A DNA stretch of 27,530 nucleotides from a virus (Duplodnaviria; Caudoviricetes), in the IMG/VR virus record IMGVR_UViG_3300012041_000057, positions 1 through 27,530 of that record; one strand, 5' to 3'. Of the stretch, positions 7,612 through 15,792 are shown piece by piece. The position numbers and the translations under genes are program-made. Numbering within the stretch: the stretch's first letter is position 1; every line of letters starts with the position of its first letter. Below the pieces are notes generated by a model, which saw only the letters and a program-made list of their open reading frames with translations, was not told the DNA's origin and made no database searches.

Positions 7612-9834
7612 ATGAACTTCAAAGAACCCGGAAAAATTCTCTCCACCATCCAGTATGGAGACAACGTGGAATGGGTGAGGTCCAACAACCGCCGCAAGGT
7701 CAACGATGGATTCAATGGGGTGCCTCCGCTATCGCCAGCCGATGCCGAGAAGATGGGCGTAAAGATCAATTTCAACTCCGGAGAGATGGCGGTGCTTGGT
7801 CAACAGGCAAGGCGGCAGTATGGAAATGCTTTTGGAAAGCCGTCCAACTTCTTCAAAGTAAAGCTCCCGACTGCTCCTCCAGAAGTCCGGGTTGATTGGG
7901 AGAACAAACTGACACGACTTATCAACGAACCAATCAAAGACTCACTGGAGTATTTCGAGACGCAGTGTGAAACTTTCGCCAGTGTTGTGGCTCATGGCAT
8001 CGGTCCCAAGATGTGGCTGGATGAAGATAGCTGGCTGCCTGAGATGGTGGCCCTGGAAGATTTACGGGTTCCGACCGATACCAGGACCAGCCTCAAGAAT
8101 CTTTCGTGGTTTGCGCTCCGCAAGAAATACACTGTTGGAGAGTTGGTCCGTAAATCCGTCGGACACTGGGATGAGGGCTGGCAGAAGGAGCAGGTGTTGG
8201 CTATTCTGAAAGAATACAAGGGCGACACCACTCAAGTCACAGACAGCACGGTTTACGAGAATCCTGAGTACTGGGCTGACCTCATCAAGCAGAACGGTGG
8301 CTTTTACATCAGCGATGCCAGCCCGAGCATTCCACTCTGGCACTTCTATTTCGTAGATGAAAAAGGCCGATGGTTTTTGCGCGTAGTTGCTGCCAAGGAA
8401 TGTCGCGGTGCTGCGGCTGATAAGTTCGTTTTTGATAATGGAGAAACTCCCGTTGCTCCCAACCTTCGCCAGTTGCTCCATGTCCAGTTTGGAGACTTGA
8501 ATAGCAAGGCGCCATTCTTGTGGCATTCAGTTCGCAGCTTTGGATTACTTCTTAAAGAACCCTGCTTCTGGCTGGACATAATGAGAAATCGCGTCATGTC
8601 GCATTGCATGGAGAACATGAACATCGGATTCCGGGTGAGCAACCCAGCCGACCGTGGGCGCGTTCAAAAGCTGCAACTGATGGACAAGTTCATTCTGGAT
8701 TCCGGGGTGTCTATTATTCCAAACACCGAGCGTCATCAGATTGATGCTGGCCTGATCGAAACCACGATGGCTCAACTGAAGCAGTTGCAGGGTGAGGCAT
8801 CTGTCAGCTTCACACAGGATTTGGAGACAGGCAGCAAAAAGGAAATGACCGCCACAGAAACGATGGCTCGCGTTTCCCAAGTGAACGCTCTGATGAGTGG
8901 CCTTATTCTCAAGGCGGTCACCTACGCCAAGTTTGAGTACAAGGAAATCTGCCGAAGGCTTACCAGGAAAGGAACGGAAGACCCGGACGCGAAGGAATTT
9001 CAAGAGGCAGCCTTGCGTGAAGGCGTACCCCCAATGTTCATCGACAGCAAGCACTGGCGTATCGAGCCGGAAGTTCCGCTGGGATCGGGCAATCCAACAA
9101 TGGAGATGGCCCAAGCTCAATCGTTGATGAGCGTGCTGCCGCAATTCGCACCCGAGAAACAGGAATATGTTAAGCACATTTACGTCGAGGCCGTTACGGG
9201 CGATGCTACGATGGCGGAATTCATTGTTCCAACTGCGCCGAAGCCGGTGGTTACTGATGCGCAGACGGCGGCGCAGTTCGCATTCCCGGTGTTGATGCAG
9301 GGAGTTCCGGTCAATCTTCCTGAACGCTTCAATCCAATCGAGCAAATTACCACGCTAATGGGGATGCTGTCAGCGGCGCTTACACCAATCATGGAAGGTG
9401 CCCAGATGCCGGCCATGCAACAGGTGAATGGTTACAAGAATGTCATTGGTCATATCGCCACTCTGCTGGATCGCGTTGCCCAAGACGATCAGATGATGCC
9501 GTTCGTTACCGATGTCGCCAAGGACCTTGGAGAACTCACCAACTTCGTCAAGCAGATGGAGCGCGAAGTGATGAAGCGTGACGAGGAAATGAATCAGGCT
9601 GGTGGTGTCTCTCCCGAGGCGCAGGCCAAGATTCTGGAGACAGGCATCGTGGCCAACTTCAAGGGAAGCAAGGACGCTGAAACTCACAGCCGAAAGCTCG
9701 CGCAAAAAGAACAGCAGTTCCAGGCAAACGAAGCCCGAAAGGATGCCCAGACTGCTGCCGAGATTCAGCGCCAATTACTCAAGGCCAAGGTGGAACTTTC
9801 CACAACTCCACCACCCGCCGCTGCCGAGCAATAA
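7612..9834 (+). CDS. Portal protein (podovirus-like, with long helical C-terminus)
   Basis: 740 aa from ATG 7612, 2 nt after the upstream stop. MTATET motif of T7/P22-type head-tail connectors, Q/E/A-rich coiled-coil C-terminus, position downstream of terL. Confidence 0.82.
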   Translation: MNFKEPGKILSTIQYGDNVEWVRSNNRRKVNDGFNGVPPLSPADAEKMGVKINFNSGEMAVLGQQARRQYGNAFGKPSNFFKVKLPTAPPEVRVDWENKLTRLINEPIKDSLEYFETQCETFASVVAHGIGPKMWLDEDSWLPEMVALEDLRVPTDTRTSLKNLSWFALRKKYTVGELVRKSVGHWDEGWQKEQVLAILKEYKGDTTQVTDSTVYENPEYWADLIKQNGGFYISDASPSIPLWHFYFVDEKGRWFLRVVAAKECRGAAADKFVFDNGETPVAPNLRQLLHVQFGDLNSKAPFLWHSVRSFGLLLKEPCFWLDIMRNRVMSHCMENMNIGFRVSNPADRGRVQKLQLMDKFILDSGVSIIPNTERHQIDAGLIETTMAQLKQLQGEASVSFTQDLETGSKKEMTATETMARVSQVNALMSGLILKAVTYAKFEYKEICRRLTRKGTEDPDAKEFQEAALREGVPPMFIDSKHWRIEPEVPLGSGNPTMEMAQAQSLMSVLPQFAPEKQEYVKHIYVEAVTGDATMAEFIVPTAPKPVVTDAQTAAQFAFPVLMQGVPVNLPERFNPIEQITTLMGMLSAALTPIMEGAQMPAMQQVNGYKNVIGHIATLLDRVAQDDQMMPFVTDVAKDLGELTNFVKQMEREVMKRDEEMNQAGGVSPEAQAKILETGIVANFKGSKDAETHSRKLAQKEQQFQANEARKDAQTAAEIQRQLLKAKVELSTTPPPAAAEQ

Positions 9835-10079
9835 ATGATTGACATCTTCAAGTGAATCTGGGAGGGTGGTCCGTGTGAACGCATGGCGGAAAGAACGCAT
9901 CTCAATAAGTCCAGAAAAGAGTTGGATTCCAGGACATCACGTAAAATCCATGCAGGCATCGACTCCTGCTGCGGTCACCTCGGCAGTCAATTGCGGGTCT
10001 TGTATTTTTTCAACCGCTAAAGCGCGATTCGGTGGGCTAACTACCCGCATCATGTCGTTGCTGCTGCCGGTTTAATTTT

Positions 10080-10226
10080 ATGAAAATTCTGTTCGACCAC
10101 ATTCGCCCCGTCATCATCACGGCGATGATCTGTCTAACCGCTTATCTTTGCGTCCGCGAAATCTGCTTCTCGATGGTGGCAATCAATGGGCTGTTGGTTG
10201 GAAAGGCGTTGACGGTGAAGAAATGA
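10080..10226 (+). CDS. Small membrane protein (48 aa)
   Basis: MKILFDHIRPVIITAMICLTAYLCVREICFSMVAINGLLVGKALTVKK; below the track cutoff; ATGA-coupled to the next gene. Confidence 0.5.
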   Translation: MKILFDHIRPVIITAMICLTAYLCVREICFSMVAINGLLVGKALTVKK

Positions 10227-10477
10227 ATCATGAGTGTCTCAAGTACGGGTTTGAATTTAAGGCTGATGACAAGTTGAAGGCTGTTTACCAATCCGACATC
10301 TGGAGGCTTAAAAGGCGAGCATGTCTCGTGACCATTGCAGGAGACTTCAAAATCTTTAATGTAAATGGTTTTTACTGGTGGGCCTCTCCTGCTGGATTGG
10401 AAGATGACAGAATTGAAGTCTTGGTGGCTGCCGACAACATTTTGGAACAGGAAAACGCAATGGTGAAGAAACCATGA
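10223..10477 (+). CDS. Hypothetical protein
   Basis: ATGA-coupled start within track ORF 10148..10477. Confidence 0.55.
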   Translation: MNHECLKYGFEFKADDKLKAVYQSDIWRLKRRACLVTIAGDFKIFNVNGFYWWASPAGLEDDRIEVLVAADNILEQENAMVKKP

Positions 10478-10544
10478 CCACTCTCGCTGTCTTCGCGCTA
10501 GGAGTCTCTGCAATTGCTCTCATTGTCTGGAGGATTTTCAAACG

Positions 10545-10751
10545 ATGTCCGAGGATATGATCTACCAATGCCAGTGTTGCGGTCGGCCACTCAGGGCGCA
10601 TCTTGAGGAAGACGCCGTTCGTCTTTTCTGCACCTTCCGAAGCTGCGGCTGCAATGAGATGCAGACCGGCGAGCGCGGTGGCACTGCTTGGGAAGCCTAC
10701 CAAAATCTGGTCGCGCAACATGAGCTTTGGGCAATGCAGCACAATATATGA
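10545..10751 (+). CDS. Small zinc-ribbon protein
   Basis: CQCCG...CTFRSC; GGAGG SD upstream. Confidence 0.6.
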   Translation: MSEDMIYQCQCCGRPLRAHLEEDAVRLFCTFRSCGCNEMQTGERGGTAWEAYQNLVAQHELWAMQHNI

Positions 10752-10984
10752 ACATCCCCTGTCGCTTATGTCAAAATGGCATGATGCCATTGCAACCCCA
10801 CCTGCAAGACGTGGTGGACGTTTTCGATGAGCACGTTCAGCCAACGGCGAAAGAGATTCTTGACAGCCTTCCAAGAGGAACTCAATTGACGGCAGTTCAT
10901 CAGAGGTTGCAACGCCTTAGAAATCTCAAGATCATAAAGCGGGTTGCCAAGACGTACCCTGCGAAGTATGATTTATGCCAGTGA
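10748..10984 (+). CDS. Small winged-helix-like DNA-binding protein
   Basis: ATGA-coupled; TAKEILDSL...TAVHQRLQRLRNLKIIKR pattern. Confidence 0.55.
   Translation: MNIPCRLCQNGMMPLQPHLQDVVDVFDEHVQPTAKEILDSLPRGTQLTAVHQRLQRLRNLKIIKRVAKTYPAKYDLCQ
10944..10972 (+). promoter_or_regulatory. Sigma70-like promoter upstream of the lipoprotein gene
   Basis: TTGCCA-N17-TATGAT. Confidence 0.5.
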
Positions 10985-11016
10985 ACATTCAACACGTCTG
11001 GGCTGAGAAAATCAAA

Positions 11017-11364
11017 ATGAAAACACTACGAATCCTGATCGCGTGCCTCCTAATGGCCATTCCGGTTTCGCTGCCACTGGTCGTCACCGGCTGCAAAAAC
11101 ACCACCAAGGAAGCGGTCGTTTATTACACAATCAAGGATAGTTACACGCTCACGCACGAGGCGTACAAGTCGTGGAATGAGCTGGTCGTCCAAAAGAAAG
11201 TGTCCAAACAGGCCGAGGCCGAAGTTGATGCGGCATGGAATAATTACCGAGGTGCTTACGCCATCGCCGTCCTCGCGGCTCGAACCTCAACCTCGCCAGC
11301 CGGCACGAACCTTGTCACCATCCAGACCGAAACCATCTCCCTGATTAGAAAGCTCTCCAAATGA
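11017..11364 (+). CDS. Lipoprotein
   Basis: MKTLR + hydrophobic stretch + VTG-C lipobox; helical mature part. Confidence 0.75.
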   Translation: MKTLRILIACLLMAIPVSLPLVVTGCKNTTKEAVVYYTIKDSYTLTHEAYKSWNELVVQKKVSKQAEAEVDAAWNNYRGAYAIAVLAARTSTSPAGTNLVTIQTETISLIRKLSK

Positions 11365-11567
11365 ACCAAGTCACCACCGCCGCCGTCATCGGGTTAGTAA
11401 ACGCAGTCTTTGAAATACTCCGGACTCACCTTGGAAAGCCGGAAGGCTGGCGCCCCACTGAACAGGATTGGGATGATCTAGTGATTGCCAACGCGGAAGC
11501 TACTCCGGAGAAGGAGAAGGCGGATGCGGCTGCACGGCTTGGGATTCCTTGGCCTCCAGTTGAATAG
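11361..11567 (+). CDS. Hypothetical protein coupled to the lipoprotein
   Basis: ATGA overlap; amphipathic N-terminus. Confidence 0.65.
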   Translation: MNQVTTAAVIGLVNAVFEILRTHLGKPEGWRPTEQDWDDLVIANAEATPEKEKADAAARLGIPWPPVE

Positions 11568-11922
11568 CCTCCCGAAATTGCTCCATGTTTCTGACCACAG
11601 AATAAACGTGGCCCAACTTTTCGAGATGGCATTTCATCGCCAGTTGCGCGGGGGATAATTTCCCGATTTTTGATTTGCACTCGACGAAGAATACTCGGCC
11701 ACCATCTGCACAGATTACAAAATCCGCTTCACCGGAAGTTCTGTGAGTTGCCTCTGCCATTGAGCCATGCAGATATACCCAGCCACTAGCGCGGCAGTAA
11801 TCTATGATAGCGTGATGAAGGTCGGATTCACGATTAACACCCTCGGTCACGTCCTGTTCAACCTGTGACCTCTTTTGAGTGCGGGTCAACATTTCTATGT
11901 ATTGCGCCTGGGTGATGCCCAT
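11500..11922 (-). CDS. VRR-NUC domain nuclease / Holliday junction resolvase-like
   Basis: ESDLH...GEADFVIC...VFFVECKSKIGKLSPAQ...LGHVYSVVR; start placed at ATG 11922 (GAGGT SD). Confidence 0.88.
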   Translation of the reverse strand: MGITQAQYIEMLTRTQKRSQVEQDVTEGVNRESDLHHAIIDYCRASGWVYLHGSMAEATHRTSGEADFVICADGGRVFFVECKSKIGKLSPAQLAMKCHLEKLGHVYSVVRNMEQFREAIQLEAKESQAVQPHPPSPSPE

Positions 11923-12000
11923 ATCATTTACCTCATTGGAATGGTCGACCCATTGCCACTTTCCGTGCAATGGTTTTAGTAATGACCACGGTATTGACAT

Positions 12001-12324
12001 TTATTTTGATTCGAGCACCACCTGGGTTTCATTTAATCCCGAAATGCCATTGTCCTCACCAATAGGAATCGTTCTGATTGCCGCCAGCGCATTGCCCAGC
12101 TTGACGAGTCGTGTTTCGCGCAATCGTTTTATCTTTCCCAGCAACAGGTCGGCTTGCTCTCGGGCCAATCGGCAGGCAGTTGTGTCGCAGCCTCGCGCCA
12201 GAGCCTCGGAATCGGGTTCGATCTGGGCCAGACTCAAGAGCTTGTCAATCTTGCGATGCGCCCGGTCGATGGCTTTTAACAGCTCGGCCTCGGATTGAAA
12301 TTTGTGCTGGCGCTTGGGCTTCAT
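12001..12324 (-). CDS. Hypothetical helical protein
   Basis: 107-aa ORF in a tightly packed minus-strand operon. Confidence 0.6.
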   Translation of the reverse strand: MKPKRQHKFQSEAELLKAIDRAHRKIDKLLSLAQIEPDSEALARGCDTTACRLAREQADLLLGKIKRLRETRLVKLGNALAAIRTIPIGEDNGISGLNETQVVLESK

Positions 12325-12515
12325 ACTCTCTCAATGTTTATTTCCGGATGCGGAAAGGCCGTGAGGTTTTCGATCTCATGATCCTCGTCGTAATCCTCGA
12401 CCGGGTTTTCTTGAAGCAATCTACCCATGCAGTCGGCGCTGATGCGGACGCGCACTTGAATCTCGGAATTGTAAGGCAGCTTCTTAAGTTCTTCAATTAG
12501 CTGGTCGCGGGTCAT
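12321..12515 (-). CDS. Hypothetical acidic protein
   Basis: MTRDQLIEELKKLP start, a common small phage protein N-terminus; stop overlaps the next ATG. Confidence 0.6.
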   Translation of the reverse strand: MTRDQLIEELKKLPYNSEIQVRVRISADCMGRLLQENPVEDYDEDHEIENLTAFPHPEINIERV

Positions 12516-12843
12516 TGGGTCGATCTCCGGTTTCTCTCCGATGCTTGATGTCGTCAAGACATTTTTGGACCTCGGCGTTCATGGCAGTCATGGTCAACTC
12601 GCTTGCTTCGAGCATTGCCTTGTGGATTTTCGTGTACTGAATGTCTCGCGCCTTTTCCAGGATTTCGCGTTGGCAGAAGTCGAAAGCGAGCGCCTTTATT
12701 TGAAACTGAATATCCATAAGCACTGCCGATCTGGTTTCTGTCATTTCAGAAACACAGGTTGTCTTGGAATCGTCGTCACAGCGACGGCAGTAGGGCACAT
12801 TGGTCACCAGATCGCGGATGCCGTGTTTGCATGTTCCGTTCAT
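12493..12843 (-). CDS. Hypothetical protein
   Basis: CKHG...CRRC N-terminus; coupled to neighbours. Confidence 0.55.
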   Translation of the reverse strand: MNGTCKHGIRDLVTNVPYCRRCDDDSKTTCVSEMTETRSAVLMDIQFQIKALAFDFCQREILEKARDIQYTKIHKAMLEASELTMTAMNAEVQKCLDDIKHRRETGDRPNDPRPAN

Positions 12844-13049
12844 TTCTCAAACACTAGTCTCAAGATGGTTTCTTTTGGTCCGCACGGCTGGCCTACGCTC
12901 GTATCTGATGGCGACTCGCACCAGCTATCGCAGACGACAATGTTGCCCGCCTCAATAGGTTCGCCGGGCTTGAGCAGTTCCACTCGCGGGATTTCGCCGC
13001 GCTTGAGGTGGTGTCTTATGCGGGAAACATTCATTTTAGTACGGTCCAA
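12840..13049 (-). CDS. Hypothetical protein
   Basis: Fills the operon gap with ATGA coupling; start uncertain. Confidence 0.5.
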   Translation of the reverse strand: MDRTKMNVSRIRHHLKRGEIPRVELLKPGEPIEAGNIVVCDSWCESPSDTSVGQPCGPKETILRLVFEK

Positions 13050-13050
13050 A

Positions 13051-13404
13051 TCATTTTGTTAAGGCCCATTGCAGCTGTTTCTCCGTCCACGCCTCCAGCT
13101 TCATGCCGGTTGGTTTTACGTGCTTCTTGATTCTGGCGTGCAGCCTTTCACAGATGCGCAATGTCTTTCTGTTGGGGTCTGATTTGCCCCTCATTTCGGG
13201 GTTGTGGATTCGCGTCAACTCGATCTCAAGTCGGCGCCTATGATGTCTGTTTTCGCAGACAGTAAACTTCACATCATCGAATGGCCTTACTCGGTGTCCT
13301 TTTATTCTCTGACGTAGATTTCCCGTTTGCCCGACGTAAATAACAACACCGTTTCTGATGAGCAAGTAAACTCCGCCTGTTTCTGGGATTGTGTTTTTAT
13401 TCAT
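13051..13404 (-). CDS. GIY-YIG domain protein with C-terminal ribbon-helix-helix-like segment
   Basis: GVYLL...IYVGQTGNLRQRIKGH...LE...HNP; tail RKTLRICERLHARIK. Confidence 0.82.
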   Translation of the reverse strand: MNKNTIPETGGVYLLIRNGVVIYVGQTGNLRQRIKGHRVRPFDDVKFTVCENRHHRRRLEIELTRIHNPEMRGKSDPNRKTLRICERLHARIKKHVKPTGMKLEAWTEKQLQWALTK

Positions 13405-13589
13405 ATCGCTGACACCTTGAATCCATTTCCGTTCTCGCGGGTGACTACTGTGAAATCAATCTCACCGATGTCACGCAGAAACTTCCCCGTTCGCAGCGCC
13501 AGCATTCGCTCGGTCGCGTTGGGGACGATGAAAAACTTCCCTGGTTTGAGGCGCTTGATCTTATGAACCATCTCAACTTGCTTGCTCAT
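13401..13589 (-). CDS. Small basic putative DNA-binding regulator
   Basis: 62 aa from ATG 13589 (IKRLKPGKFFIVP...); first gene left of the divergent promoters. Confidence 0.6.
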   Translation of the reverse strand: MSKQVEMVHKIKRLKPGKFFIVPNATERMLALRTGKFLRDIGEIDFTVVTRENGNGFKVSAI

Positions 13590-13668
13590 TTGAGAGACTT
13601 TTATCACGCCCGCACAAGTTGTCAACAAAAATGTTGACAATAGTTGAATCCAGTGTTTTACTCCCCTC
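13590..13668. promoter_or_regulatory. Back-to-back promoters within a perfect inverted repeat
   Basis: TTGTCAACA-AAAA-TGTTGACAA (13619-13640). Rightward TTGACA-N17-TTTACT-N6-GTG; leftward TTGACA-N17-AAAAGT-N7-ATG. Confidence 0.7.
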
Positions 13669-13887
13669 GTGCCGAAACCATATTTCGCTTTAGTCGTTAA
13701 GCCGGATTCTCCAGTGTTTCCGGTGGGGAGTTGTGTCGTGACAAGGAAGTCTCACCTTCACGGTGGCGAACGCGGTGAAGTTGTAAAGGTTACCGACGGC
13801 ATCCACACCATCAAGATCGCCGCGAAGAATGGTCCGGGATTCTGGCATACGGCAAGTGCGGGAGATTACATCAAATTAGATTTGTAA
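13669..13887 (+). CDS. Small KOW/SH3-like protein
   Basis: FPVGSCVV...GERGEVVKV pattern. Confidence 0.55.
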   Translation: MPKPYFALVVKPDSPVFPVGSCVVTRKSHLHGGERGEVVKVTDGIHTIKIAAKNGPGFWHTASAGDYIKLDL

Positions 13888-13899
13888 GGAGAAGAACAA

Positions 13900-14007
13900 A
13901 TGACCGACGACATCATCCAACGTCTTGGGTCGTGCTTCGTCATCTACGTCATCGCCTTCATCTTTGGCGTTGTGGAAATGGTGGTGCTGAAGTTGGGGGA
14001 TGACTGA
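13900..14007 (+). CDS. Small membrane protein (35 aa)
   Basis: AAGGAG SD; MTDDIIQRLGSCFVIYVIAFIFGVVEMVVLKLGDD. Confidence 0.5.
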   Translation: MTDDIIQRLGSCFVIYVIAFIFGVVEMVVLKLGDD

Positions 14008-14154
14008 AACAACTCCAACTCCTCGATATGATACGTCAAAATCCATTCCGAATTCGTTCGCCCCACATCCAGCCGCGTGACAAAGGCGCCCATCGCCTTC
14101 AACTCGGGAAGACGCACCAGGAGTTGCGGCCCGATGAGGGTTTCGGAGGTTAAC

Positions 14155-14670
14155 ATGATTGGACCGGAATATAGAGGCAGGGATAGATTCCCAGCAAGGC
14201 AGGAGCGTGGAATTTGCCGTGGCTGTCGCGGACTCATTACTGACAAGCGCCGGCAAACTTGGTGCTCCCAGGAGTGCCAGGAAAAGTTTCATCCATTCTA
14301 TGTGAAGCAAGCCGTCCGTGAGCGTGACGGGAATAAGTGCCAGCAGTGCGGCAAGGATTGTTCACGGCAAGCTGGTTGGGATTACAGCAAACTGCTGCCA
14401 CAGCCGCCAAACTACACAGATTGTGGATTGCAATACCCATACGACCCGCAGGCGCATTACATCAGTCCGCTATATTTGCAATACGTGGCTGCTCTAAAGG
14501 AATGGAAACGCAATTCACCACGTGCCGAGTTCGATCACATTGTGCCGCACTCAGAAGGAGGCTTGTTCGTGTTGGAAAACATCCGGTTGCTTTGTCGTGC
14601 CTGCCATCTTGAAAGAACCAGGCAATGGCGCAAGGAGCGGAAAAAAAACCCCGGCGTGAACCGGGGCTGA
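14155..14670 (+). CDS. HNH endonuclease with N-terminal zinc finger
   Basis: GGAGGT SD before ATG 14155; CRGC..WCSQEC, RDGNKCQQCG, EFDHIVPHSEGG...ENIRLLCRACH. Confidence 0.9.
   Translation: MIGPEYRGRDRFPARQERGICRGCRGLITDKRRQTWCSQECQEKFHPFYVKQAVRERDGNKCQQCGKDCSRQAGWDYSKLLPQPPNYTDCGLQYPYDPQAHYISPLYLQYVAALKEWKRNSPRAEFDHIVPHSEGGLFVLENIRLLCRACHLERTRQWRKERKKNPGVNRG
14641..14666 (-). terminator. Rho-independent terminator
   Basis: Minus strand CCCCGG-TTCACG-CCGGGG-T8, 18 nt after the stop of 14685..15047. Confidence 0.8.
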
Positions 14671-14684
14671 AATGAGAGAGGGTC

Positions 14685-15047
14685 TTAAACCGGAGTCACG
14701 GGCTTGTCCGCATGAAGATCGTCGAACGCCTGAAGCTCAACCTTTAATTCGTCCTTGATCGAAACCAGATCGGCAGACGCTTCGCCGGTGTTGCCCGCCG
14801 CGATAACGTCTTCGAGGCGCTTGATAGTCGCCGCGAGATCATTCTTCGCGTCGACGACTTCCTGTTTGATTTTCTGGAGCTGCACTTTAGAATCGCGCAG
14901 TTCAACTACTACTTCAGCTTGTGTTGCCATGATTCTGCTTTCCATTTGGGAAATCCGATTAAGGACTTCCAGTTTGAGATCGGTCATCCGCGACTCACTT
15001 AATACGTGAGTCAACTGACGAATGGCTTGGATCAGTTCCTTGAACAT
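14685..15047 (-). CDS. Coiled-coil protein, stand-alone transcription unit
   Basis: 120 aa, heptad-like; has its own terminator. Confidence 0.75.
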   Translation of the reverse strand: MFKELIQAIRQLTHVLSESRMTDLKLEVLNRISQMESRIMATQAEVVVELRDSKVQLQKIKQEVVDAKNDLAATIKRLEDVIAAGNTGEASADLVSIKDELKVELQAFDDLHADKPVTPV

Positions 15048-15166
15048 CCGGGAACGTGCACTCGCCAGAGAGAAAAGACAAGTGGGGTGTTCTCCTGAGT
15101 TTTTTCTGGACAGGGGAATTTTGGGTGGTAAAGGTAGAGAGATTTCCGCTGATTATTTGGGAAGTC

Positions 15167-15314
15167 CGGCGCTTGGACCCGCCGAAACCAAAAGTGCAGT
15201 AACAATTCCATGACAACAACGAACCTTCCGTGCTCCCGTAAGTGCCCATTGGTTCCAGCTGAGCGCCCGCCGCGCTGCACTCCAAGGTCCACGCTTGCGG
15301 GAGCACCGAGGGTT
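15167..15314 (+). ncRNA. C4/CI-like structured antisense RNA with upstream target boxes
   Basis: 23-bp stem 15222-15244/15292-15314 with three G-U pairs and one mismatch. Interior CTGCACT and GGTCCA are complementary to upstream AGTGCAG (15193-15199) and hairpin-loop TGGACC (15174-15179). Confidence 0.6.
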
Positions 15315-15327
15315 TGGAAAGGGCGTT

Positions 15328-15792
15328 ATGTCTTGCGAGCATGAGAATAAAATTCCCACATTAAGACTGGTTGGGATAAACCAGACAGTTGCGTTGCAGT
15401 GCCAGCAGTGCGGTTCTGGGTTTGCAGTTAAGAAGTCTCTTTACGATCTATCAAATCTCCCGCCGTTTGATGAAACTCTGAGGCAGCGATTCTGGGAGGA
15501 GAGAAGCCGGGAGCGAGAGAAAATCGAGGCTGAATTCCAGCAGAAAATGGCGGAAAGGTCTGAGGAGTGGTGGGAGCAGTATAACGCCTACCTTGGAAGT
15601 CGAGAGTGGCTGAATGTTCGCTCCTTGGTCTTAAACCGTGACCGAGTTTGCCAGAGGTGCTTTGTGAGGGGCGCACGCCATGCACACCATCTCAGTTACG
15701 AGACTTACAATAAGTATGGTTTTACATTCCCGGCTGAATGCGTCGGTATGTGCGAGGACTGCCACAAATCCCTTCACCCCGAGATGGTATGA
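15328..15792 (+). CDS. HNH-family endonuclease-like protein
   Basis: YLGSREWLNVRSLVLNRDRVCQRC...HAHHLSY...MCEDCHKSLH. Confidence 0.82.
   Translation: MSCEHENKIPTLRLVGINQTVALQCQQCGSGFAVKKSLYDLSNLPPFDETLRQRFWEERSREREKIEAEFQQKMAERSEEWWEQYNAYLGSREWLNVRSLVLNRDRVCQRCFVRGARHAHHLSYETYNKYGFTFPAECVGMCEDCHKSLHPEMV

Noticed and set aside
7581-9774. Several minus-strand ORFs of 64-266 aa within the portal gene
   Set aside because: Antisense shadows without recognisable features.
9835-10079. Possible small gene after the portal
   Set aside because: Several short competing frames with no motif; not callable.
13944-14246. Minus-strand ORF (possible start near 14156) between plus-strand genes
   Set aside because: It could fill the 14008-14154 gap, but it overlaps neighbours and has no supporting signal; left uncalled.
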